A stretch of 64,000 nucleotides of DNA from an uncultured Chloroflexia bacterium (lineage in GTDB: Bacteria; Chloroflexota; Anaerolineae; Caldilineales; Caldilineaceae). The stretch is from the NCBI GenBank assembly GCA_963821815.1, contig CAWGFG010000005.1:26956-90955 (forward strand). Reading direction: 5' to 3'. The notes below the pieces were generated by a model. That model searched no databases, was not told where the DNA came from, and saw nothing but the letters and a program-made list of their open reading frames with translations. The translations under genes and the position numbers were made by a program. This document shows, one piece after another, positions 1-9,508 of the stretch. The first letter of the stretch is position 1. Each line of letters begins with the position of its first letter.

Positions 1-1
1 G

Positions 2-172
2 ATCGCATCGTTCAGTCGCGACCCAAAAGACGACTATCTAGTCGCCTACGGTATCGTCAATGAAGCTGAATATCTTATCACTGGCGATCAAGATCTTCTC
101 GTCTTGGACAGAGTAGGCGAGCTACAGGAACTCACACCTGCGGCGTTCCTAGAAGTTGCCCGCCGCCTGTAG
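2..172 (+). CDS. PIN-domain toxin, 3' end only (gene starts left of the window)
   Basis: Translates IASFSRDPKDDYLVAYGIVNEAEYLITGDQDLLVLDRVGELQELTPAAFLEVARRL*. Near-identical DNA and protein to the C-terminus of the PIN gene at 52393..52833. Stop TAG at 170-172. Confidence 0.8.
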   Translation: MASFSRDPKDDYLVAYGIVNEAEYLITGDQDLLVLDRVGELQELTPAAFLEVARRL

Positions 173-232
173 CTTCTGCCTTAGGTCCGCCGGATTGAGC
201 CTGTCGAAAAAATAAAAAGTGTGGTTTCCTTT

Positions 233-277
233 CCCCATCCCCTTTTAAAAGGCGAGTACCCTGGCACTTTTTTATGG
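233..277 (-). repeat. Inverted copy of the tnpA-upstream (left-end-like) motif of the IS200/IS605 element
   Basis: ccccatccccttttaaaaggcgagtaccctggcacttttttatgg is the reverse complement, with a few mismatches, of 38264..38308. Confidence 0.6.
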
Positions 278-547
278 AGGTGGAGCATCCCGCGCGGCTT
301 ACGCGTAAATTGGAAGCGTTTGCTTGTCTTACCGCAAGACTAGGACAGGTGGAAACGGCTGCGTATCTCTTTGCGCAACAGAGAGCTTCCAGGCTGCAAT
401 CCAGCTACTGTTTGCCCCCATCTGGCATCAGGAGCATGATCACCGGGTGGCCACCGCACGTACATAACTGGGGCAAGCGGCACTAGGAGATCTCGACACG
501 CTGGCCCGGCAGCAAGCGCAACAAGCTGTGGTCGATGTCTATCATAA

Positions 548-925
548 TCCCGCTATCTGTACAACGTTCGCCACGAGCCGGCGCAAACATGGGCTGCTGT
601 TACCATCCCGGTGATGACACTCTATGCCGAGCAGGACAATGTGGTGCTGCCAGAGGCCAACACAAAAGCGCTGGAAGCAGCCTTGGCACAAGCAGGTAAC
701 CCAGACGCAACCATCAACAAGATTTCAGGTGTGAAGCATTTGTTCTTGACGACAAGCAGCAGCGATCCAGTCGATTGGGCCGCACTACCCGGTGGTTTGC
801 CAACAACCCTACTCGAAACAATATCCACGTGGTTAGCGAGTCGTCGGGAGGATAGCCGGCACGACGGCTCTGGACCGCCGGCGGCGCTGATGCCGAGGAT
901 GCGCAAAACAGACGCTCCGTGCTAG
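548..925 (+). pseudogene. alpha/beta hydrolase (dienelactone-hydrolase-like), C-terminal fragment
   Basis: The frame is open only from 548. Sequence ...IPVMTLYAEQDNVVLPEANTKALEAALAQAGNPDATINKISGVKHLF matches the C-terminal D...H region of alpha/beta hydrolases. No N-terminal nucleophile region is present. Confidence 0.4.
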
Positions 926-963
926 AATCGGCGTATAAGGAGGGTTTACAAGGAGGACAATTA

Positions 964-1269
964 ATGACCGCTGCATCCGATCATCTGCACCTGCCGCACA
1001 AACAGATCGAACGGTTCTATGTGCGCCACAAAATACGCCGGTTGGCCCTATTCGGCTCGGTGCTTCGTGAAGACTTCGGGCCGGAGAGCGATGTCGATGT
1101 AGTGGTCGAGTTTGAGGCGGGGCATGTCCCCGGGATGGACTTCTTCGTCTTGCAGGAAGAACTGACATCCATTATTGGCCGCAACATCGATCTGCACACA
1201 CCGCCGTCCCTCAGCCGTTACTTCCGTGACCGTGTGCTGGCGGAGGCGGAAGTTCAGTATGAGCAATAG
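964..1269 (+). CDS. mntA: MNT-type nucleotidyltransferase antitoxin (HEPN/MNT module)
   Basis: Motif LFGSVLREDFGPESDVDVVVEF (GSxxR..SDxD). ATG at 964 lies 7 nt after AAGGAGG. Directly followed by the HEPN gene. Confidence 0.85.
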   Translation: MTAASDHLHLPHKQIERFYVRHKIRRLALFGSVLREDFGPESDVDVVVEFEAGHVPGMDFFVLQEELTSIIGRNIDLHTPPSLSRYFRDRVLAEAEVQYEQ

Positions 1270-1282
1270 CGATCTAATCTAG

Positions 1283-1618
1283 GTGCATCATCTGTTGGAC
1301 GCAGCCCCAAAATCAGTAGATTTCGTGTCCGGCGGCACGCGAGCCAATCTGGACGCAGACGAAATGCTGACACTCGCCCTTGTGCGCTTGCTTGAGATAA
1401 TTGGTGAAGCCTCCTGCAACATCAGCGCAGAAATCAGACTGGCGCATTCAGATATACCGTGGCGGCAGATGGCTGCTACTCGAAATCGACTGATTCACGG
1501 ATACTTCGACACGGATCTCGACATCGTGTGGTCGATTGTCGCTACCGATCTTCCTCTGCTGATTCCCAAGCTGCACGACATGACCGCCGAGTTGGAGAAA
1601 ACCGGGGGTAACGCTTAA
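1283..1618 (+). CDS. hepT: HEPN (DUF86) toxin
   Basis: LLEIIGEA and the Rx4H motif (RNRLIHGY). GTG start immediately follows an in-frame TAG, so the N-terminus is uncertain. Confidence 0.8.
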   Translation: MHHLLDAAPKSVDFVSGGTRANLDADEMLTLALVRLLEIIGEASCNISAEIRLAHSDIPWRQMAATRNRLIHGYFDTDLDIVWSIVATDLPLLIPKLHDMTAELEKTGGNA

Positions 1619-1792
1619 TCAGCCAGGGTTACATGCCTGCATCCATGTGGGAACTATCCGAATTTCGAATGAGGAATATTGGGTGAAAGTGCTCGTTCAT
1701 GGGGAATCTAGCCTTGGCGATGACATCACGCCCCGAATGTGAACGTGGCGAAGCGGCTTTCTGCTACAACCGCCACTACCACAGGACTGCTT

Positions 1793-2553
1793 GTAGGGTA
1801 GGCGGCCAACGCACAGCATGACCTGTGTCTTCAACCGCCCCCCTCCGAACGGAGCGTGCACCTTTCGATGCACTCCGCTCTCCAGGAACCTCAACGAAAC
1901 GCTGGTCCATCATACCGTCCATAGGTAGTGTCCAAGTGACACGGGCAGCAAACGAAGATGGACTTGCGAGTTAACTATACTCAGATACTTGTCAGCTTGG
2001 AGCATTTCGCTTGACATGACGTTCTCTTCGTATGGGTTCCCTGTGACCCTTCGCCATGCTGTCACATTACATGGCAACTTGGGCTACTACGGTCACTCCG
2101 ATACCGTGCCGCTTTCGCGGGGTAGGCATTCCCGTGTTCCGTGGCATATACATGTTATCAGGCTGACTTAGGTTCTCCGTTTGTCCCCTTATCATTACTC
2201 ATGGTAACGAGTTCCAGGGCGGTCAACTACCGGCAAGCGTTTGTTAATCTTGACGGTCAACCCCAGACACAAGCAGTAGGTAGGTTCCTTGTGAGAGTCG
2301 CGTTCCTCCACTGGGGACTAGAGTTCAGGCGGTATAGCTTTAACCATATCAGCCGGGTCTTGCGGAGTCCTGTTGGCATTGCCTACCATGCCTCAACCCG
2401 CTTTTCCTCGATGCTATGTTCCCCACGCCCCTTTCGGGGAGCCTTTCGGGCTTTGGTCGTGGTTGCTCGGATGACCCTCTTGTAAATGTTGACGTACCAG
2501 AACCTCCTTGGGAGGTGATATATATGCCCGTGACACGGCGCACACAAACGCAC
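1793..2553 (-). ncRNA. Group II intron RNA, apparently ORF-less (no reverse transcriptase/maturase ORF)
   Basis: Minus strand 1880..1847 is GAGCGGAGUGCAUC-GAAA-GGUGCACGCUCCGUUC, a canonical 34-nt domain V (AGC triad, 2-nt bulge, GAAA loop). Domain VI follows with a bulged A 7 nt from a ...CCCUAC 3' end at 1793. GUGCG occurs at 2553 and 2543. Many GNRA hairpins; no ORF over 120 aa. Confidence 0.75.
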
Positions 2554-3060
2554 GACGAGATACAATGAGACTCGTATCCCATCTTTTTGACGGGTAAATG
2601 GCACTGGTTCATGAGCCGAAAGAATGTAAAAAGACCATCCCCTTCTCAGTTGCTACCATAGGCGTTGGCCCGTACGGTGCGTTTGTTAAACAGGGATCAA
2701 ACCGTGTCAATAAACAGCAAGTTGCCCCGTCACCTTTCCATAGCCCTGCAAGAGCAGAACCGATATGCTGGCTTCGCCCGTCTATCCGGCGGTCGGCTAG
2801 TCCAAGGGCAGAAAGGCAAATGAGTCCATCACCGTACAGTACAGGACCTCCATCCGCGCACAGACCTCGCCGTGTTCCGGCTCTGAGGGCAGGAAGGTCA
2901 ACTGGTAATAACGGTCGCCGTAGACTATCACGCCCTGCCGGTTCAAATCCTGTGTAAAACGCGGAATGAAATGAGGTCTTTCGGCATTTTAGATGATCGT
3001 ATTGCTATCAGGAAGATAACGGGCATGTAGCGTTTCGAAGTTGAGTGTCTGGAGGAACTC

Positions 3061-3732
3061 ATGCTTTCCTGTCTACTACCCGACCCAACTGTCATCGTGT
3101 TTAGCAGAGTTACACTAGACAAGAACAGTAAACGAATCGAGTGCGTGGCCGCGGTCAAAAAGGCCATAACAGCCTGCCCTGTTTGTAGACAACCAAGCGC
3201 TCTAGAGCACAGCAGATACCAGAGAAAGTTGGCAGTTCTTCCTCGGGCTTGTGTTCCGGTACAGATCACACTGCAAGTGTGACGCTTCACCTGTAAGAAC
3301 AGTAGATGTCAGCGGAAGATATTCTGCGAACGCATTCCAACTGTGGCTGCGCCTAGGGCGAGGCGCACCCAAGGGCTGACCAAAGCACAGCTGGCCGTAG
3401 CCCTTTCGGTTGGTGGCTCCGGTGGCGCCAGGCACTGTGTTGCTCTAGCCATGCATGCCGGTGTAGACCTGTTACTTGCATTTATTCGTACTATGCAGAC
3501 GCCTGAGTGCTCCATACCTCGGGTGTTGGGTGTCGATGATTGGGCAAAACGCAAAGGTCAAACCTACGGCACAATTCTGATAGACCCGGAGCAAGGAAGA
3601 GTTGTCGACATCCTCGCCGATAGAACGACAGAGAGTCTGGAGTCATGGCTAAAAGCCCATCCAGGCGCCGAGATTGTGAGTCGAGACCGATTTGGCGCCG
3701 CACAACCAGACTTAGTGCAGAGAATGTGCTAG
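3061..3732 (+). pseudogene. ISL3-family transposase, frameshifted and 3'-truncated
   Basis: N-terminal zinc-finger region (CPVCRQPS..HSRYQRKL) in one frame and PRVLGVDDWAKRKGQTYGTILIDPEQGRVVDIL in another. Aligns to the ISL3 gene at 48855..50504. Ends about 70 bp before uxuA. Confidence 0.8.
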
Positions 3733-3803
3733 CCATAAGAGTAGCTACGACTGGCTTCTACACAGTAAGCTGTTGGAGGAACGAAAGTGACCCACATAAA
3801 GAA

Positions 3804-4787
3804 TCAAGTCGCATAAACCTCCTGCATCAGCCGTCGAATGTAGCCGATGGCGTACGCTCTGCCAATGCGGCCTGTCGGGTCGCCGGGTATCTGCGGCGTG
3901 TGGTCCAACATGAACGGACCATTGAATCCGTTATCGCGGTAGATCTCCATGGTGCGTCGCATGTCGATGTCGCCCTCATCGATGAAGACCTCTTCAAAGT
4001 GGGGCAATTGGCCGCGCACATTGCGAAAATGGACCCAGGCGATCTTCTTTGCCGCGGCCATCTCGTCAATGAAGTCGTATACACCCTCACCCAACGCCTC
4101 TGTCATACAGCCTTGGCAGAAAAGCAGAGTGTGATTTTCGCTGGGCGCAATTGCGAGTATGCGACGAAACTGTTCCGGTGTGGAACAGATCTGGGCAACG
4201 CCCGCCAACGATTCCGGCAGCGGCGGATCGTCGGGATGTAGGGCCATGCACACGCCTGCTTTCTCGGCCACCGGGATTACGGCCTGCACAAAGCGTTCCA
4301 TGTGCGCCCACATCTCTGCCTCGCCCACTGCAGGCTGATACGGTTCGGGCCGATCGCGCATAAACTCATTGTAGTCAAAGGTGCTATAGCGTGCTCCGCC
4401 TCGTCCCATAGCCGAAGTGGTGCGAAAATTGCCCATGGGCTTGAAGTTCCATCCAAGATGCGGGATGCCGGCATTGCCCAGCGAGTCCAGCATCTTGCAC
4501 CAGGCGTCGATCTTCTCGTCTTTATCCTCTGCTCCCAGCGAAATCTCTCGCCAAGCCGCCATAAAAACGACGTTGAGCGCCATGTCGTGCGCCTCAACGC
4601 GCTCTCGTGCCTCTTCAAAAAAGAAGGTGCAGTCCTTGCCCTGCCGCAGATCTTCGCCTATGGAGGAACTGACGCCACTCACGCCAGTGCGCAACTCCAG
4701 ATGAATCATGTCTACGCCCAAAGAACGATAGAGAGCAAGCGTCTCGTCGTTAAAATCAGCCAGGTTCACCGCCTCTTGAATGTACAT
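3804..4787 (-). CDS. uxuA: D-mannonate dehydratase family protein
   Basis: 327-aa ORF with UxuA signatures: IPVAEKAGVCMALHPDDPP, VHFRN and a MLDH..P region. Confidence 0.75.
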   Translation of the reverse strand: MYIQEAVNLADFNDETLALYRSLGVDMIHLELRTGVSGVSSSIGEDLRQGKDCTFFFEEARERVEAHDMALNVVFMAAWREISLGAEDKDEKIDAWCKMLDSLGNAGIPHLGWNFKPMGNFRTTSAMGRGGARYSTFDYNEFMRDRPEPYQPAVGEAEMWAHMERFVQAVIPVAEKAGVCMALHPDDPPLPESLAGVAQICSTPEQFRRILAIAPSENHTLLFCQGCMTEALGEGVYDFIDEMAAAKKIAWVHFRNVRGQLPHFEEVFIDEGDIDMRRTMEIYRDNGFNGPFMLDHTPQIPGDPTGRIGRAYAIGYIRRLMQEVYAT

Positions 4788-5508
4788 AGTACCCCTCTTC
4801 TACGCCTTGTGCGGCGGAATGATGGTGATTGAGATGTTTGGACTAAGCACTTGTTATATAGATTGTGTCACAAAGTCGAACAATCGTTTGCTACTGTACA
4901 CTATAGATAATCCGGTTCTGTTGTAAAAAGGTTCAGCGCCTGGATAACGTGTGTTGACCTAATCTCGATTACTAGTCCAACTTTTGTATTCGAACAGGCC
5001 ATGAGCGGGTAGGCGCAAAATAATGAATAAAGATATCTTTAGTGCGACCCATCCACAGGCTACACATGAGCGAAGAATTGCATACGCTAGGCCAGACCGT
5101 ACAAGAGTCCACCGAGTAGTTCTGAATATCTGAGCAAACATGGTATCGGTGGTCGAAAGATACGGTGGTATATTTCCGAATCAGTCCAGAAATCACAAGA
5201 TACTTGAGCGCAAGCACACCTGGCTGAAGAAACCTTCGGAAGACCCGTCGCTGGACAAGATCGTGATCGCCAGATGAGCAAGTGCCCGTCGTGCGAGCAA
5301 GGACGTCACTACTCAGTATTGTTAGTAAACATCAGGTTTCACAATTTGCGTCGACCACACTGATGGTAAACGGCGGCCCCCTCTGAATAGCTTACCTCAA
5401 ATGCATGAAGACTTGGCGCGGAGACCGCCGGTGTTGAGCGGATTCATCAACGACTATTGTCCCTCGGTCAAATAGGCTTTTCTCTCTTTTTGGCGAAGCT
5501 TGCTGATC

Positions 5509-5709
5509 CTACGCCTCTAGGACCGCCCGTATATCGTCTCGATCCACGAGCTGGGTATAGTCATCGAAGGCAGAGGCTACGTAGAACTGGCTGGCAAATT
5601 TCTCCGCTTTGCCTTGCGTTGCCGAAGCAACCGCGACGAATTCTGCTGCATCTACATGTTGTATATACTCGGCGAACTTGTGCGCGATACCGCCATAACC
5701 GATGATTCC
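5509..5709 (-). pseudogene. Gfo/Idh/MocA oxidoreductase, N-terminal Rossmann fragment
   Basis: *GIIGYGGIAHKFAEYIQHVDAAEFVAVASATQGKAEKFASQFYVASAFDDYTQLVDRDDIRAVLEA*. No start codon, and a stop after about 65 aa. Confidence 0.5.
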
Positions 5710-5859
5710 TTAACTGATCGTGCCTGTCCCTGTCCCTCATGGTTCTCGATATGCGCTTAAAGTCGAATTACTGAACTGCATATACAGACAAGTCTGTGGT
5801 TAGCGCCTAAGTCTTCGGTTCCTATTCTTGGATGCACCAGCTTTCCATTTCTCACACTC

Positions 5860-6780
5860 TCAACTTTCTTGCCCTAATCTGGTTGCATCACCGTCCTCAC
5901 CCTTTAGCCAGGCTGAGTTCAACCCGATCGCGTAGCCAGAACTGAAAATGGTCTGACTCTCAAGTGTCTGAATTCCAGGCTTGGCAACGAACTGTTGATC
6001 GTGGTCTTCCGGGTCATCGTAACCGTACCAAGGTTCGATGCACACGTATGCAGCGCCAGGCTTAGCCCATATTCCTAAATCAGGGGCACCACCGGTATCA
6101 AAGATGATCCGCTTGGAATCACGCCTATTCAGCAGCTGCAACTGCTGGCAGCGAATCCCTGTAAACACTAGTGCGCCTTCATCGAAGGTCGATTCTGACA
6201 GCGGCAGATCAGTTCCCTGCCAATTGAGATCAAACCGCTGTTTGCTGAGTGTCCCATCCACGATCTTGCGGCGCTGCCAGGGCTCGCCATGATTGTCCGT
6301 ACGAAGCACAAAGTCCGAGATGTGATTGGAACCAAAATCTAGATTGAAGGCTGGATGAGAACCCAGAGAGAAGTATAATGTGCGTGTATCTTGATTCGTC
6401 AAGCTGTAACGGACTGAAAGCTGGAGTTCAGTAAGTTCAAACCGAACAGCAAGTTTCCATCGAAAAGGGTAACACTGGCGTGATGCTTCGCTGTCACAGA
6501 TTTCCAATGTGACGTGGGTTTGACCATGGTCTACTACCGTCCAGGGTACAGATCTTACAATTCCGTGGTTTGGCATCGAATATGTTTGTCCATCGAGTAT
6601 ATACTGCCCATCAATCAGCCGACCCACGATTGGAAACAGGATCGGTGCACTGCCAGACCATACTGATGGATCGCGCTGCCAGATCAGTTCGTGCTGATTA
6701 TGATTTAGCTTGAGGGACTGAAGTTCAGCGCCAACGAGGCTAATATTTGCGCTAAGGTGATTGTTCTCTATTCTAGGCAT
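5860..6780 (-). CDS. aldose 1-epimerase (galactose mutarotase-like) family protein
   Basis: LFPIVGRL, HGIVR, GSHPAFN and CIEPWYG motifs. I prefer the internal ATG (MPRIENN) at 6780 over the ORF-track start at 6837. Confidence 0.75.
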   Translation of the reverse strand: MPRIENNHLSANISLVGAELQSLKLNHNQHELIWQRDPSVWSGSAPILFPIVGRLIDGQYILDGQTYSMPNHGIVRSVPWTVVDHGQTHVTLEICDSEASRQCYPFRWKLAVRFELTELQLSVRYSLTNQDTRTLYFSLGSHPAFNLDFGSNHISDFVLRTDNHGEPWQRRKIVDGTLSKQRFDLNWQGTDLPLSESTFDEGALVFTGIRCQQLQLLNRRDSKRIIFDTGGAPDLGIWAKPGAAYVCIEPWYGYDDPEDHDQQFVAKPGIQTLESQTIFSSGYAIGLNSAWLKGEDGDATRLGQES

Positions 6781-6871
6781 ATTTTTCCGTCCTGTGTCTT
6801 TACTATTTTGGTGTTGTTGCAGTCGTGGGGATGCCACACCGTGATGTCACGATTACTCTGCCATGTGTTCT

Positions 6872-7291
6872 CTATGATGCAAAGCCGCGTACCTGCATTT
6901 CCAACGTATAGACACTCTGGAAAGTGGTGATGATCAACTTCTTGACTTCCGACCCGGCAAAAGTTATGTCGGATCTGCTATCTGGTACCAGAAATTGACC
7001 AAAAAACACTCTATCTAGATTGTAGACGCAGATGCACGCGCCATCAATCACCTTGCTGATATAGAAGTTGCTCAGACCATCCAGGCCATACCGCCGCACA
7101 TTCGGTCGAAAAAGACTTTGCCTTCCCCCAACTCGCCAGGGGACAACAGGATATAGCAGACGACTTTGCGCCCACCAAACGTGGGCAACAACAAATCTCC
7201 ATTGCTCATATGAAAAGACGCGTACTATTGAGACCAGTATTGACGACTTCGACTTTCTTGAACCGATCCACAGATCGGTTTCAACAGACAT
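6872..7291 (-). pseudogene. amidohydrolase-2 (sugar lactonase-like) C-terminal remnant
   Basis: ...SNFYISKVIDG...LDRVFFGQ...EVKKLIITTFQSVYTLE resembles the PNvy.K.SG / dRvmFGSD / NA.rvY C-terminus of amidohydrolase_2. Only about 140 codons fit before the next gene. Confidence 0.3.
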
Positions 7292-7320
7292 TCCTCAAGG
7301 GACTTAACGGCGTCACTACT

Positions 7321-8121
7321 TCAGCTTTGGGCTTGCCTCCGTATCTCAGCCATCTCCACCCCGCTAAGCTGGTCAAAATCATACGCTACTCGTACATTTT
7401 CCACGAGATGAGCTATCTCGGAGACGCCGATTATTGCTGTCGACACCGGATAGCGTAGGACCTATCGAAACAATGAGTCGATATTGACTCCTCGTTCGAT
7501 GAGGCGACTGTGAGCAACTACTTTCATGGCTATTACGCCAACGTCATTCTCTTGGGCTAGGCGGAAGAACCGTTCCACATCCTCGGGATCTTCCATGTCG
7601 TCACGGGCAGCATTGAGTAGGATTAGCACACAATCATACGGATAGTCTTCAAGTGCATCAGCCAGTCCATTGGATGAATGTGACGAAATACCGAAGTTCC
7701 GGGTCATTCCTTCTTCACGGAACCGCTCGAAAGCTTGCCTAGCGCACTTCTTCTGCTGTAGTTGCTCAAGTGGTCATCGCCTGCTGACCCTGTGGTGTTG
7801 ATACAGATCACGGGAGTCAGTCTGCAACCTGCGAAGACTCTGTTCGGCGAACGCCATGGCGCCGTCATCGGTGGAATCGTGACTCTTTGTCGCTACGAAA
7901 ACCTCTTCTCTTCGCTCCTTCATCACTGTGCCGATACTCAACTCGCTAGCGCCGATGCCGTAGCGGGCAGATGTGTCGATATCATTCACTCCCAGATCGA
8001 TCGCACGGTCGATAATCTCCACGGCTTCATCGTGCCGATCATTCCTTGACACAGTCTATAGGCCTTCCAGACCGAGTATGGATACCTGATGCCCAGTCTT
8101 TCCAAGAGGTCGTTGTGGCAT
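7321..8121 (-). pseudogene. aldo/keto reductase, disrupted
   Basis: MPQRPLGKTGHQVSILGLEGL* is followed by AIDLGVNDIDTSARYGIGASELSIG..FVATK..RRLQTDSRDLYQHH, then VGVIAMKV, then a different frame (PVSTAIIGVSEIAHLVENV). One nonsense codon and at least two frame changes. Confidence 0.8.
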
Positions 8122-8666
8122 GTCGTTGCTTGGCGTGCGTAGCAGTCCGTTGTCGCTGCTCACTGGATTCCTCCTCATCCTAATTGACTACGTCGCCAAA
8201 CTGTCGTCGCAAGTGCATATTGTTCAAAGCTCAATGGGCTGATCCGAAGCCGCGAATTCGTTGAGAACGTCCGGATTCTTCATCTGGTTGATGGTGTCCA
8301 GCAACAGTATGCGATAGGATTTGCGTACGGTTAAGCATTCGTCAAATTGTTGAAGCTAATGTGTGAATTGCAGCATAGGACAAGAACGGATCATGGTAGA
8401 GATGCGCGGAAGTCCATGTTCCAGTATGGTGTAGTAGTCGTAGTTGTTGATGGACTTGTCAATGATCAGGAGGACGGTCAGAGCAAGATCGCGCCTCAGG
8501 TGCGCTCCATGACCTGCGTCCAGGCTACCAGACCGCACGCCGAAACGACAATCCCATATTTTTCGCTTCCCCAAGACCTCACAGCCCGGACGGAATTTCT
8601 CGGTTTGGCATATCGGTCGTCATCAAATAACATTCGATTCAAGTAGTAGCAAGTACTCAAAAGTGA

Positions 8667-9458
8667 ATGCTCGCTCTCCACGGTAACGCCATGACCGATC
8701 TACTACAAGACAAGGTGATCTTCCTCACCGGAGGAGGCCAGGGAATCGGCCATGAATGCGCACTCGCTTATGCGCAGGAAGGGGCACAGGTTGTCGTTGC
8801 AGACATCAACCGTACCTCAGCGGAGGAGACTGTCCGTCTACTCGATCACAATGGACTGGCTATTGAGTGTGACGTTGGCGATTCTGAATCGGTAAAACGG
8901 GGCATCCAGCAGGCACTGGATCACTTTGGACGTCTGGACGCGGTCCACAATAACGCCGGGATCACCAATCCTTCATTGCCATTGCATGAGACGTCAGAGG
9001 AGGAGTGGGACAATCTACATCGCATCAACTTGAAGAGCGTCTACTTCACCACGCGTTATGCCATAGAAGCCTTGACAGCCTCGAAGGGTTGTATCCTCAA
9101 CACGGCCAGTCTCGTCGGCACGATTGGACAAGCGAACCACGCAGCCTACGTCTCGACCAAAGGCGCTATGATCGCACTGACCAAGGCAATGGCACTCGAC
9201 TATGCCGAAGTCGGCATTCGCGTCAACGCTGTCTGTCCCGCCGGTGTATGGACGCCTATGCTGAGGCAATGGGTGCAGGAACAACCCGATACGGCTGGCA
9301 TTGAACAATACCTAGACCAGGTGCATCCGCTTGGCAATTGCCCTGAGGGGGATGTCATCGCCGACGTGGCTGTATTCTTGTTGTCTCACAAAGCTCGTTT
9401 CATCACAGGCTGCATCCTGCCCGTTAGCGGCGGCGCTGAATTGGGATACCGGCGCTAG
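8667..9458 (+). CDS. SDR-family oxidoreductase (candidate 2-keto-3-deoxy-sugar-acid dehydrogenase)
   Basis: TGGGQGIG, NNAG and YVSTK (YxxxK) motifs. Alternative ATG at 8691. Confidence 0.85.
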   Translation: MLALHGNAMTDLLQDKVIFLTGGGQGIGHECALAYAQEGAQVVVADINRTSAEETVRLLDHNGLAIECDVGDSESVKRGIQQALDHFGRLDAVHNNAGITNPSLPLHETSEEEWDNLHRINLKSVYFTTRYAIEALTASKGCILNTASLVGTIGQANHAAYVSTKGAMIALTKAMALDYAEVGIRVNAVCPAGVWTPMLRQWVQEQPDTAGIEQYLDQVHPLGNCPEGDVIADVAVFLLSHKARFITGCILPVSGGAELGYRR

Positions 9459-9508
9459 CGGCTGGCTTCCACTCCAAACATCGAACTATCCTCGAAAGTA
9501 ATTGCGCC

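Noticed and set aside
2925-2945. GGTTCAAATCC T-loop-like motif suggesting a tRNA
   Set aside because: The flanking bases do not form a T-stem (gccgg/cctgt has a mismatch). No acceptor, D or anticodon arms can be built in the preceding 70 nt.
2598-2957. 119-aa ORF (Arg/Pro/Ser-rich)
   Set aside because: The composition is not protein-like and no RBS is present. It lies in the structured non-coding region next to the group II intron.
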